Positions 19,833-29,688 of a stretch of 64,000 nucleotides of DNA are shown here, one piece after another. Each line of letters opens with the position of its first letter. Position 1 is the stretch's first letter. This stretch comes from a bacterium (GTDB lineage: Bacteria; Zhuqueibacterota; Zhuqueibacteria; Residuimicrobiales; Krinioviventaceae), in assembly GCA_963675755.2 (NCBI GenBank), contig CAXXMD010000002.1, positions 1,888,001-1,952,000 of the forward strand, in the 5' to 3' direction. Under the pieces are notes generated by a model that saw only the letters and a list, made by a program, of their open reading frames with translations, searched no databases and had not been told where the DNA came from. The translations under genes and the position numbers were made by a program.

Positions 19833-20668
19833 TATTTAACAAACCGCAGCACAAACGCCCAATAAAATATTTTTAAATACCGGAAGCGTTTTACCAGCTT
19901 GGTATCAAAAGCATCCAGTTTCTCATCATATTTTTTCAGGAACGGAAACCTTGTAAACTTTTTTAAAAAACTGAAATACTCGATGTGGATTTCGGAAAAC
20001 AACCTGCCAAAATAATGTACATCTTTTTCATTCAACTGTGATCCGCCGGGTGATTCAAAACACTTTGTTGGGATCAAGCTTCTCACAAAAATCAAAAATT
20101 TAAATGGAATACGCGGTTCAATAAACAGCGCTTCTCCCCCGGGCTTGAGCAGACGGTGGAACTCTTTGCCCACCAGATCAAGATTAAGATGGTGCAGCGC
20201 TCCAAATCCCACAATATAATCAAAAGACTCGTCCGGGAAATCCGTCTCCTGAGCGGACATAACCCGGATATCAGTTAAATCCGTGACATGATTAAATTCA
20301 GCATTACGACGGGCCAACTCTATCATTTTGTCAGATATATCAATACCAGTTACATGTGCACCAAATTTTGCCAGTTTAACTGTAGTAAAGCCATAACCAC
20401 ATCCCACATCCAGAATGCGTTTACCTTTTACATTACTCAAATAATTGTAAAAATACTGGTGCGTTTGTGGAAATTTCTCATCCGGATCGTAACGAAACAA
20501 TTCTTCATCAAAATCCTCAAGATACGACAACGCTTCCTCGTTGTAGAATTTGCGTTCAAGCGTATCCTTTTTGTCTACATTCTCAATTCGTTTTAAAGGA
20601 TTATTAAAGGTCCGTAATATCTTTTTTGAATTTAGGATATATTCTTGAAATCGATTTACCGTTCCCAT
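19832..20668 (-). CDS. Class I SAM-dependent methyltransferase
   Basis: ILDVGCGYG, VTGIDIS, FPDESFD, LHH and RLLKPGG motifs; ATG 20668 after GAGGGGAG (ORF track starts 20692). Confidence 0.9.
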   Translation of the reverse strand: MGTVNRFQEYILNSKKILRTFNNPLKRIENVDKKDTLERKFYNEEALSYLEDFDEELFRYDPDEKFPQTHQYFYNYLSNVKGKRILDVGCGYGFTTVKLAKFGAHVTGIDISDKMIELARRNAEFNHVTDLTDIRVMSAQETDFPDESFDYIVGFGALHHLNLDLVGKEFHRLLKPGGEALFIEPRIPFKFLIFVRSLIPTKCFESPGGSQLNEKDVHYFGRLFSEIHIEYFSFLKKFTRFPFLKKYDEKLDAFDTKLVKRFRYLKIFYWAFVLRFVK

Positions 20669-20794
20669 CGGTCTCCCCTCTATTTTGTACAAAATAAAAT
20701 ATTAAAAATTTTAGATAAACAAAAACATTTTAACTATTTTTTATATATTAATTGGTAGTTAGAGTCTGATCCTGATAAATAATTACTCATTACA

Positions 20795-21017
20795 CCCGGC
20801 CATTCGATACGCTCGTCCCTATTGGCGCACTCGCACACTGGGACCGGTGGGGTACTCCATTATAGCAATACAAATTACGGCATCACAGAGAATTCATTTA
20901 AAGCATTCGTCCCACCAATTAGCACTCTTCTCAAACAGACAAAATTGACGGAGTAAAATAAGGCCGGTTGCTGAGTGTTTGTTCGCCAGCTGGCGAACAA
21001 ATGTATCGAAGCACCGG
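20795..21017. repeat. Inverted pair of CCGG-CTTCGATAC/CTGAGT hairpin elements
   Basis: 20795-20847 CCCGGCCATTCGATAC..CACTGGGACCGG and 20964-21017 CCGGTTGCTGAGT..GTATCGAAGCACCGG; same family at 36654, 36768, 36829, 39121, 39447 and 39770. Confidence 0.65.
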
Positions 21018-21078
21018 CCCATTTCAATTCTCTCCCAAATTGATCATCTGGAAAGTGACAAAGACAGGCCAGACCATT

Positions 21079-21113
21079 CTGACGACTGATAACTGACTAC
21101 TGATAACAGAATA
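21079..21113. repeat. Heptamer tandem repeat (CTGA-NNA x5)
   Basis: CTGACGA CTGATAA CTGACTA CTGATAA CAGAATA; similar runs at 36914, 36986 and 41573. Confidence 0.7.
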
Positions 21114-21229
21114 CTTTTGTTTTCCGTTTCACATCTGTCTTCTGTCATCTGCCTTTTCGCACCTCCCAATTAAAATTATTGATATAAAAAAAATTTTTAC
21201 TAAATTATCTCAATCACAGGAGGAAAATA

Positions 21230-22429
21230 ATGGCTCTACTTTTCAAGCAGTACAGACTCTATTTCATTATTACATTCATGTTAACTTTATCATGTTTTTC
21301 CCAACAGGAACTTTCTGTTAACGATTTTAAATTCGACGGTGAATTGGGTTCCCAAGGGGCAAAAATATCCAAACTCGGAAAAAACTATTTCAAAATCAAT
21401 CTGGGGCATGCACCATATCACGATAACTGGAGCAATATGCTGCAATTCCAGATCACAGGTAACGCAAAAGGTAATACGTTACGACTGGATGTGGAATTTG
21501 ATCATCCGGAAGCCCATTACGTGTTTAACTCGTATGCCCACTCCTGGTCTTACGATCAGGAAAACTGGCAGCCCATTCAATGGAAGCAATACCGTCCCAC
21601 CCAAAACATGGATGTGTTGGTATTTCCCACATTCACAGAAGACACTGTCTGGTTTGGTCATCAGGTACCCATCTCGTTTGAACAGATTGAAACCATGATC
21701 AAACAATGGGAGAAAAACCCCCTTGTCACCGTACATACCCTGGGTAAATCCCTTGGAGGTAAAAACCTGTACCGGGTTACGGTAACCAATCCAAACGCCA
21801 ACGGTAAAAAATGGGTGCATTATTTCAGTAATCAACATCCGGGTGAGCACAACTCGCAATGGCGCATGATTGCCATGATGGAATGGTTATTGAGCGATGA
21901 GGGAAATCCCTATCTTGATAAAAGCATCAATCATTTTGTATTCATGATGAGTCCGGATGCCCCGGCGAATGGATGGTATCGTGTAAATGCTGAAGGTGTG
22001 GATATGAACCGCTCTTATCGGCTTGAAGGTTCAAACAAGGACGAACAAGCACACGAGGCTTTTATCTTTCAAAAAGATTTAGAAGAGTTGATGCAATCTC
22101 CCAATCCCGTTACCGATATCTGGGCCATGCATACCTGGCAGGGTGTTGTGGAATCAATCATTATTCACGGTCCGGAAATGGGCACTAAACTAGGTCCATG
22201 GACAGATTTAAGAGATATCATAATAAAAAACGATACGGATCTATTAGCAGAACCGTTACGCAAACAGGATTATAATAAAGAAGGTGCATCCCATTGGAAC
22301 CACGGTCCGTATGGACAGTTTGGCATTACCTCTATCCTTTGTGAAGGTGGCGGCAGCTTTTATACTAAAGCAGAGAATAAAAAATCTGGGGAATTACTGA
22401 TCAAAAGCATTGCAGAATACTATAAATAA
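21230..22429 (+). CDS. M14 family zinc carboxypeptidase-like protein, secreted
   Basis: LGKSLGG, QHPGE (HxxE), SPD, DMNR, MH and CEG motifs; AGGAGG RBS; signal peptide. Confidence 0.85.
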   Translation: MALLFKQYRLYFIITFMLTLSCFSQQELSVNDFKFDGELGSQGAKISKLGKNYFKINLGHAPYHDNWSNMLQFQITGNAKGNTLRLDVEFDHPEAHYVFNSYAHSWSYDQENWQPIQWKQYRPTQNMDVLVFPTFTEDTVWFGHQVPISFEQIETMIKQWEKNPLVTVHTLGKSLGGKNLYRVTVTNPNANGKKWVHYFSNQHPGEHNSQWRMIAMMEWLLSDEGNPYLDKSINHFVFMMSPDAPANGWYRVNAEGVDMNRSYRLEGSNKDEQAHEAFIFQKDLEELMQSPNPVTDIWAMHTWQGVVESIIIHGPEMGTKLGPWTDLRDIIIKNDTDLLAEPLRKQDYNKEGASHWNHGPYGQFGITSILCEGGGSFYTKAENKKSGELLIKSIAEYYK

Positions 22430-22443
22430 AAATTATCCTTAAT

Positions 22444-22487
22444 AAAAAAAAGCCCGTCATTCCACCAACTGGTGGACGGACGGGCTT
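22444..22487 (-). terminator. Intrinsic terminator between convergent genes, with a 16-bp micro-palindrome in its loop
   Basis: A8-GCCCGTC...GACGGGCTT stem; loop carries TCCACCAACTGGTGGA. Confidence 0.75.
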
Positions 22488-22512
22488 GCATGCAAACAGA
22501 TAATCAAACTTT

Positions 22513-24174
22513 TTATTTCATCAGGATCATTTTCTTGGTCTGGCTGAAATCACCAGCTTTGATAGAATAGAAATAAACACCTGAAGAAAGATCACTTGCA
22601 TTTACAGTAACAGCATATCTGCCACTTACCTGATTACTATTAACCAGAGTTTTAACTTTTTGACCCAAAGTATTGTAAAGCTCAATTGAAACCATGCCAG
22701 CTTTAGCAACACTATATTCAATAGTAGTAGTGGGGTTGAATGGGTTCGGATAGTTCTGGTTCAGGCTGTAAGCAGATGGAGTAGCTGCATTGTCATCACC
22801 AATTGCTGTGGTAGCAGGTGTCAACATTGGAGTTGGAGAACCGGGAACATACAAACCGGTTGCATTATCAATAGAATCTCTCAATGCAGCAACAATCTGG
22901 TCTTTATTTGCAATATAAGTAGCTTTTGCTTCAGGCCACCAGTTCAAGTCACCAAGTGGTAAACCATCAGTACCAGCAGTCTGCAAATAAGTGTTAGTAT
23001 AGCTTAAATCAAGTGCGGGCGGCCAATCAATAACAGGTAAACCGGTACCTTCATCCCAGGTAATACCAGTTGGTACTCGCCAATCTGGCCAATCAACACC
23101 GCGTGTATCTTCATACCAGTATTCTGACAAGAACTGTAACATTTTTTCCTGATTGTCCGGACCATCTACAAAACCAGGTACAAAATCAGCATAGTTGGTA
23201 CCAATTGTATAATCATCATCGAGTGTTACAAAAGAATCAACATCTGCATGTTCCCACAACAAACCTGGAACAATTGTATCTCCCTGAGCTGCATACCAGT
23301 CCAAAACCTCGGGTTCTCGGAAGAACAGGTTTTGTCCAAGATACAATGAGATTGAATCCAGTTTGGTTTTTGCGTCTGAAAAATAATTCCAGGTGGTAAA
23401 ATAGGAATCATAAACATTATTTGTGATATGATGTCCACACAAATCATAATTGTAGAATATATTGTTTGCTTGAATCATTTCATAGGCACGTTGTTCATGA
23501 CCGGCTTTGGTGAAATTCAAGTATGTATTATGAAGTTCATGTACTGTAGCGTTAAACCAGGGGCCGCTGTTACCCAGCAATCTACCAGAGTTAACAACAG
23601 TATTATTTTCAACCAGTACACTTTCACCAGCTACGTCCATACGCATTGGGAAACCACCCCACGGAGAGTAGCTCAATCTTACACCGTTCAGGAAAACACA
23701 GTTGGTAATGCTGATATCAAGGCCAGTACCCTGATTTCTGTAAGCAAAGTCTGTCCAATCAACAAATGCAACATTGTCAGCAGTATAACCGTTACCAGCA
23801 ACGTTTGCAATAAAAGTCCCAACAACTGCTCCATTGCTATGAAGACCGCTCATAACAAGATTTTTGATGGTTACACTACCACCAGCACCAATTTCCATAA
23901 ATTGTCTGGCTGTACCATCTTCAGCAGGAGTATTAACCAATACAGGTGGATTTTCAGTAGTAAAAATCCAGTCAACATCTGGACCTTGAATAGTAATGTC
24001 CCATACAACATCCAACCGTCCGTCAAAAGCATAAGCATTACCCGCTTCAACCAAATAAACACCAGGACCAGTTATCTGATCATTTACGAACAGACCTGGA
24101 TCCAAAGTGGTTTGAGCCATCAAAGATGTTCCCAACAAGAACATAACAACGAATAGTAACGATACTTTTCTCAT
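22513..24174 (-). CDS. Secreted beta-helix-like protein with C-terminal sorting domain, downstream of the TonB receptor
   Basis: Signal peptide; Asn-rich beta-helix-like core (ENNTVVN, HNTYLN, NNIFYN); GLPLGDLNW; LNQNYPNPFNPTTTI...KKMILMK. Confidence 0.85.
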   Translation of the reverse strand: MRKVSLLFVVMFLLGTSLMAQTTLDPGLFVNDQITGPGVYLVEAGNAYAFDGRLDVVWDITIQGPDVDWIFTTENPPVLVNTPAEDGTARQFMEIGAGGSVTIKNLVMSGLHSNGAVVGTFIANVAGNGYTADNVAFVDWTDFAYRNQGTGLDISITNCVFLNGVRLSYSPWGGFPMRMDVAGESVLVENNTVVNSGRLLGNSGPWFNATVHELHNTYLNFTKAGHEQRAYEMIQANNIFYNYDLCGHHITNNVYDSYFTTWNYFSDAKTKLDSISLYLGQNLFFREPEVLDWYAAQGDTIVPGLLWEHADVDSFVTLDDDYTIGTNYADFVPGFVDGPDNQEKMLQFLSEYWYEDTRGVDWPDWRVPTGITWDEGTGLPVIDWPPALDLSYTNTYLQTAGTDGLPLGDLNWWPEAKATYIANKDQIVAALRDSIDNATGLYVPGSPTPMLTPATTAIGDDNAATPSAYSLNQNYPNPFNPTTTIEYSVAKAGMVSIELYNTLGQKVKTLVNSNQVSGRYAVTVNASDLSSGVYFYSIKAGDFSQTKKMILMK

Positions 24175-24287
24175 AAAAATCTCCTTTTCCCATTAAAAAG
24201 ACCAAGGTTACTTGTGAATTTTTAAATCAATTAAAAAAATTGTTACACACCTCCTTATTGATTTTTTTGTTATAATTTTACAGTTGA

Positions 24288-27200
24288 TTAAAATTCATAC
24301 CTAATACCCAAATCTGTTGTCATGCCATAATATTCAACAGAATTTAATTTTTCCAGCACACTGATAAAGTTTCTGTCAGGTTCATTTGTAATATTATTGA
24401 CATTCAAATAAACCTTTACACCTTCAACCCAGGGAAGTTTTTGTACTGCTGTAAAATCCCAGCGGTAAGAAGCATCAGTATATGCATCAAGCTCATCCCA
24501 TGTACTGTTGGTGGAGACCAGTACATTATCCTGATATACAAATGACAAGCGAGCAGAAAATCCACCGATGTCATAACCCAAGGTAGCATTCAGAATATCA
24601 TTAGGTTGATTTGGCATACGCCCTGTTCTGGACGAATCGACAAAAACAGTTTTTGCAAAGGGACCTGTACCCTGTTTTACAGATGTTTGGAATGGATAGG
24701 TTGTTTCAGATTTTATGTGCGTATAATTAAGATTAAAGACTAAACCTTTGAGTTTTGTAGGAAGATACCAGAAATGGGTCTGCCAATCCAATTCAAAACC
24801 TTTAACATATGATTTTTCTTCCAAATTAATCCAGGTATCTATTTCAGTATCCTGAACTGTTGAAAGGGCCATCATATTATGTATATCTTGCGGATCTCGG
24901 GTTCTAAAATTGGTTGCAACAATCAAATCATCCACTTCTTTGTAAAAATAACCAACTGTGAACAATCCAATAAAGTTATCATATACAGATGCATAAACAT
25001 CATAGTTTTGAGAAATTGCAGGTTTAAGGAATGGATTTCCAATGAATAAATATGGAACACTGGCATAGGTATTAAGATAACGATATGGAGAAACGGCACG
25101 ATAATCTGGATAAATTATACTTTTTGTGCTTGCCAAACGAAGATCCAACCATTCAAAGGGTTTAATACGTAATTGCATTTGTGGGAACCAGTTTTCACCT
25201 TCTATTACATTGATTGAATCAACATTAATTTCCTCACTTCTATAATCGAGATCACTGGGACCATATCTTTCGGTAAAGTAAGCAGTATAATCAAAATTAT
25301 ATTTTTCGTAACGAACACCAGGGTAAAAGGTAATATATTTTCCAATATTCATATCGGTTTGGACATAAAAAGCTGATAAATCGCGGGTATAATTATAATC
25401 ATACTTGCGAGAGGGTTCTTCCTGAATCGGATATGCGGGATAAGTTACACCATTTTCTGTAACCGTATTTGCTCTTGCAAGATCTTCAAAATGCTGCATT
25501 TTGTCAAAATCCGGTTTATAAAAGAAGCTGTTGATTCCTTCCTGCCCTGAAAGAAAATCACCTACATCGTAATTTTCGTTTTCAAACAGAAACGCTCTCA
25601 TACCCAGGTTTCTGTCTTCGGGAGCAAGACCCAAATCAGTCCACAACGAGTCTTCTAAAAGTTGAACAAACAACTCGCCTACACGGTTTCTGTCGGGTTT
25701 GTTAAACCATTGTGTCTCATCATTGTCTCTTTTGTTATGAGCATATTTTCCACCAAACTTGACATTTCCTGAAATCGCATTGGTAAATTTATAGGGCACC
25801 TTGAAATTCAGCATGGCTTCCTGTGCAGACTCTTGAACATCACGTTTCAGGGTATAGAAATTTGTACTTCTGAGCTTTTCTGTAACAGAGACAGTATTTA
25901 AAAACTCATCGGGTTCTGATTCTCTGGCAACAAAACCTTCAGGGATGAGTGTGCCGGTTTGACCTTGTTCGGTACCAATATCCATTGTCAAATCACCAGG
26001 GCGATTTTGTTTTGAAACTGAATTCGAAACAGAGAAATCCATACCAATATTAAAAAATTCAAACTCACCCTGCAGTGCGTTATTGTATACAGTATTACTT
26101 TGTTCATTCAATGAACCATATGCAGAAAAACCACCAGCAGTATAGAGTGAATTGCTTACTACTTGCTGTTCTTCAGAAAGATTGCTTACAAAATTGTTGA
26201 ATATTAAAGAACCAAATGGCAATTCATAATCTAAAACCAATCCACCACCTGCTCTCTTTCTATCAGTAACTCTGTTGACAATGCTTGCTCCATCAAGTTC
26301 TGAAAGCAGCAGATCACTACCCTCTTCAGTAACGGTAGAACGGTTAATACTCCAGGTGGCACTCAAAACATCTGAATCTCGATTTATATCTTCATAATAT
26401 CCGGATACCTGAACACCCAACCGGTTATTCAGAAATCGATTTGAAACCAGACCATTGAGTCTATAGTTTCCATAAGTATCAGCCATTGAGCCATAACCAT
26501 CTTGTACAGAAAACTTGCTGTGAAATCCATCAGCTGCTTTACCAATTTTCAAGTTCACCGTACCACCAACAGCGTCTGCATCCATATCAGCAGTAAGTGC
26601 TTTGGTTACTTCAATACCCGTAAGAATATTGGGAGCAATCATATTCAAATCCACACTTCGGTCATTTCTATCGGTGGATTGCATACGAACACCGTTAACC
26701 ATCATAACATTATATTTGGGAGATAAACCACGAATGGTTACTTTTTGACCTTCACCACCGCTTCTTACAATAGAAATTCCCGGTAAGCGAGATACTGATT
26801 CTGCTGCGTTGGCATCTGGCACTTCCTGAATTCTATCAGCAGCAACCACATTTTTGATAGTGGGTGATGAAATTTGCTGGTTTATAGCGGCCATTTGACC
26901 TTCTGCCTGAGCAGTAATTTCTACGGCTTCACCTTCCAGGGCTTCATATTCAAGTTCAATATTCTGCGTTACACTTCTACCCGGTAAAACCTGAACGGTT
27001 ACTCTTGATTCTTTATAACCAATATATTTTACAACAAGAACAAAAGTACCAACCGAGACTTTGGGAAGCACGTATTCACCCTCAACATTTGTCGCCGCAC
27101 CTATGCTGGTACCTTCAATAAAAACATTGGCACCAGGCAATGGATCGCCGGTAACTTTATCCAAAATCAAACCGGTAATTTTGGAATTGCTTTTTGCAGA

Positions 27201-27599
27201 AGCACCTCCGCCACCCGGTTGTCCGGCACGTTGACTGATTGCAACATTTCCACCCTCTGTAAACTCGAGGGACATACCGGTATTTTTCAGGATACCAAGC
27301 AGTGCCTCTAGTACATAGACATCATCCAATTGTACATTAACTTTTTTCTCTGTAGGAATTTTGGATGTATTATAGTTCAGGTTTAAACTATGATTCATGT
27401 CTAATGTATTTAATGCCAAAACAAGGGGAACATCCTGAAAGTCGACACTGGTCTTTTCCAACAATTCCACTGGCATTAACTGTCCGGTATATTTATAGAT
27501 ATCAATATCACTATTGTTATCTACTCTTTCCTGAGCAAAGATGAGGGAATTAAAACTGAAAAACAGAATTAAAAAAAGAATCGTAAAATTGCGAACCAT
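24288..27599 (-). CDS. TonB-dependent receptor with N-terminal STN signalling domain and carboxypeptidase-regulatory-like domain
   Basis: STN-like region (SVDFQDVPL..AL...LNYN), G.ILDK.TGDPLPGANV, plug PD.NAAES.SRLPG/IRG/IEV.K/GG.VNL, GNP.LKP and terminal YEF. Confidence 0.93.
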   Translation of the reverse strand: MVRNFTILFLILFFSFNSLIFAQERVDNNSDIDIYKYTGQLMPVELLEKTSVDFQDVPLVLALNTLDMNHSLNLNYNTSKIPTEKKVNVQLDDVYVLEALLGILKNTGMSLEFTEGGNVAISQRAGQPGGGGASAKSNSKITGLILDKVTGDPLPGANVFIEGTSIGAATNVEGEYVLPKVSVGTFVLVVKYIGYKESRVTVQVLPGRSVTQNIELEYEALEGEAVEITAQAEGQMAAINQQISSPTIKNVVAADRIQEVPDANAAESVSRLPGISIVRSGGEGQKVTIRGLSPKYNVMMVNGVRMQSTDRNDRSVDLNMIAPNILTGIEVTKALTADMDADAVGGTVNLKIGKAADGFHSKFSVQDGYGSMADTYGNYRLNGLVSNRFLNNRLGVQVSGYYEDINRDSDVLSATWSINRSTVTEEGSDLLLSELDGASIVNRVTDRKRAGGGLVLDYELPFGSLIFNNFVSNLSEEQQVVSNSLYTAGGFSAYGSLNEQSNTVYNNALQGEFEFFNIGMDFSVSNSVSKQNRPGDLTMDIGTEQGQTGTLIPEGFVARESEPDEFLNTVSVTEKLRSTNFYTLKRDVQESAQEAMLNFKVPYKFTNAISGNVKFGGKYAHNKRDNDETQWFNKPDRNRVGELFVQLLEDSLWTDLGLAPEDRNLGMRAFLFENENYDVGDFLSGQEGINSFFYKPDFDKMQHFEDLARANTVTENGVTYPAYPIQEEPSRKYDYNYTRDLSAFYVQTDMNIGKYITFYPGVRYEKYNFDYTAYFTERYGPSDLDYRSEEINVDSINVIEGENWFPQMQLRIKPFEWLDLRLASTKSIIYPDYRAVSPYRYLNTYASVPYLFIGNPFLKPAISQNYDVYASVYDNFIGLFTVGYFYKEVDDLIVATNFRTRDPQDIHNMMALSTVQDTEIDTWINLEEKSYVKGFELDWQTHFWYLPTKLKGLVFNLNYTHIKSETTYPFQTSVKQGTGPFAKTVFVDSSRTGRMPNQPNDILNATLGYDIGGFSARLSFVYQDNVLVSTNSTWDELDAYTDASYRWDFTAVQKLPWVEGVKVYLNVNNITNEPDRNFISVLEKLNSVEYYGMTTDLGIRYEF

Positions 27600-27620
27600 T
27601 TAATAACCTCCGATAATTAT

Positions 27621-28682
27621 TTATAGTTCTTGGAAAAACTCTACAAGTTTTCCATTACGGCTTACCTTTGTAGATGTCACAACAGATATAACCCGTATTA
27701 CTTCTTCAACATTCGCTCCACGAATATGTACGGATATCAACTGCTCAAGCGCGTTGGGATCCCGAAAAACAAATTTATAGTCATACCAACGCTCTAATTG
27801 AGATACTACTTCACTTACTTTACTATCAACAAAATGAATTTCATTTTGCATCCAACCAAAGTATCTATCTGCATCAATATGATCTAAATGCGTAAGTGGC
27901 CCCGTTAATGGAACAGTACCTTGTTGATCTTTGGTAAGCATAACAGTATTGTCGTCTTCCTGTGTAGAATCCGAACGACTAACCAGTACCTTGCCTTCAG
28001 CTACGGTTATTACAACATCCGGATTAATTTGCCAGGACCTGACATTGAAGCGAGTGCCCACAACACGAACAATTGCTTGTTCAGCGTGGACAAAGAAAGG
28101 TCTTGTTGCATCATGTGCTACATTAAAACAGGCTTCCCCTTTAAGGTATACATGACGTTCATTCTCATATTTTGTAAAATATTTGATTTCACTACCTGCA
28201 TCAACAGTTACCAGACTGCCATCAGGAAGTGTAATATTTTGACGTTCCCCATTATTTATTTTTAAAGTCTCATATGCCTCAGTAAATGCTTGCTGTTGCC
28301 AGGGTAAATTTAAATTGCCTCCAAAATAAAAATAGGATAATGTAACAGCAAAAATAATAACTGCCGCATAGCGCAACAGTTGGAGTGACCGCTTATGTTT
28401 ATGTTTATGTTTATGTTTATGCTGGATTGTAGATTTGAATTCCGGACTTTTATAAAATGATTTGGCAGTTTCTAAAACGATTCTTTGTTGCAGTTGTTGC
28501 CATGAAGCATTTGTATTAATTGGCCTGGAAGGTTGTTCTTTAATTTTTGTAGATATTTTTAACTTTTTAATTGTTTTTGCTAATTCCGGATCAAACATCA
28601 TTTGCTGTTCAATTAACTGCTTTTCCTCGGGTGTACATTCATTAGCTAAATACAATGCGATTAATTGTGAATCTATGTGCAC
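27621..28682 (-). CDS. fecR: FecR-family anti-sigma factor
   Basis: LIALYL..ECTPEE N-domain, single TM helix, LPDGS.V, V.L.GEA.F.V, V.GTRFNV, EG.V and L..WY motifs; probable GTG start at 28682 after GAGG (ORF track starts 28739). Confidence 0.92.
   Translation of the reverse strand: MHIDSQLIALYLANECTPEEKQLIEQQMMFDPELAKTIKKLKISTKIKEQPSRPINTNASWQQLQQRIVLETAKSFYKSPEFKSTIQHKHKHKHKHKRSLQLLRYAAVIIFAVTLSYFYFGGNLNLPWQQQAFTEAYETLKINNGERQNITLPDGSLVTVDAGSEIKYFTKYENERHVYLKGEACFNVAHDATRPFFVHAEQAIVRVVGTRFNVRSWQINPDVVITVAEGKVLVSRSDSTQEDDNTVMLTKDQQGTVPLTGPLTHLDHIDADRYFGWMQNEIHFVDSKVSEVVSQLERWYDYKFVFRDPNALEQLISVHIRGANVEEVIRVISVVTSTKVSRNGKLVEFFQEL
28392..28421 (-). repeat. In-frame hexanucleotide microsatellite (CATAAA)x4+CATAAG encoding HKHKHKHKHK in FecR
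   Basis: Plus strand CTTATG-(TTTATG)4. Confidence 0.85.
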
Positions 28683-28733
28683 TTCTACCTCATTAGTCAG
28701 AATAGATTTTACAATCTTTTGATATCGTATATA

Positions 28734-28760
28734 ATACAATTCAATAGCCTTTTACCCCTA
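28734..28760 (-). promoter_or_regulatory. Candidate ECF-sigma promoter for fecR-TBDT
   Basis: Minus strand TAGGGGTA-N13-TTGTAT, about 50 bp before the fecR GTG; resembles G-rich elements between Bacteroidota ECF sigma and fecR genes. Confidence 0.4.
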
Positions 28761-28864
28761 TTGCATTCTATTATTTTTTTTTAGATCAAGTCGATAATTG
28801 GATGTATGGAATAATATTGCGGGATGGGATATAGAATGAACTAAAATGGGAGAAAAAATAACAA

Positions 28865-29413
28865 TTAATAAAAACTTGCATAACTCAATTCAGATAATCG
28901 AGTCCTTAATGCTTTTAATGCTTTTCCCATTTGATTTTCAACAGTCTTGATAGATATTCCTAAAATTTCTGCTATTTCCGCATATGTCAAATGGTCATTT
29001 CTACTCATCAGAAATATTAAACGACATTTATCCGGTAAATTTTGAATCACCTTATTGATGTCTTTTTCCATTTCCTGAAGATCAAATTCCGTTTCAGGAG
29101 TATTAAAATCAGATTCAACAATTCTTACTTTTTCTTTATATTCTCGTTCAATTTTTGAGTGTTTTACAGAATTGATGGCCCTGTTTTTTACAGATGTATA
29201 TAAATATGTTTTCAAATTCCCTTTAAAATCAATTTGCTCACGATTCATCCAGATATTCATAAAAACATCCTGGACTATATTTTCAGCAAGATCGAGATCA
29301 TAGATAAATTTGTTTGCAAATAATACAAGTGGCTGAAAAAATTGTCGAAACAAGTTCTCAAATTCTTCCAAATCCCCCAGGTGGTATTGTTTTTCTAACC
29401 TAACCTGAAACAA
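28865..29413 (-). CDS. ECF RNA polymerase sigma-70 factor (Bacteroidota FecI-like)
   Basis: AENIVQDVF..IW, YLY.SVKNRAIN and LP.KCR.IF.MSR...LTY.EIAE.LGIS.KTVENQM.KALK motifs. Confidence 0.93.
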   Translation of the reverse strand: MFQVRLEKQYHLGDLEEFENLFRQFFQPLVLFANKFIYDLDLAENIVQDVFMNIWMNREQIDFKGNLKTYLYTSVKNRAINSVKHSKIEREYKEKVRIVESDFNTPETEFDLQEMEKDINKVIQNLPDKCRLIFLMSRNDHLTYAEIAEILGISIKTVENQMGKALKALRTRLSELSYASFY

Positions 29414-29534
29414 AATGTCATCAAATCTTTACAATAGTTTACAATTATTTACATTTAACAATTTATTAATTTAATGTAAATATGCAACCATTTTTGCAAA
29501 AAAATTCTCTTTTTATTGATAATTCCAGGTAAGA

Positions 29535-29566
29535 AATTTCCACAAATAAAAGTATTTGTGGAAATT
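29535..29566. promoter_or_regulatory. Perfect 14-bp-arm inverted repeat upstream of the ECF sigma gene
   Basis: AATTTCCACAAATA-AAAG-TATTTGTGGAAATT. Confidence 0.4.
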
Positions 29567-29645
29567 CGCAGAATGTTGAATATTTCCAGTGATTATTTAA
29601 ATCTACAAATTGCTAAAAAAACAACAAGACCTTTTCCGTAAAAAC

Positions 29646-29685
29646 AATTTAGAATATGTGATAGAAAAAACACATATTCTAAATT
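29646..29685 (-). terminator. Hairpin immediately after 29689..31467
   Basis: AATTTAGAATATGTG-N10-CACATATTCTAAATT followed by GTTTT on the minus strand. Confidence 0.55.
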
Positions 29686-29688
29686 CAT

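Noticed and set aside
23428-24156. 242-aa plus-strand ORF
   Set aside because: Antisense shadow of the 22513..24174 gene; no RBS or recognisable motifs.
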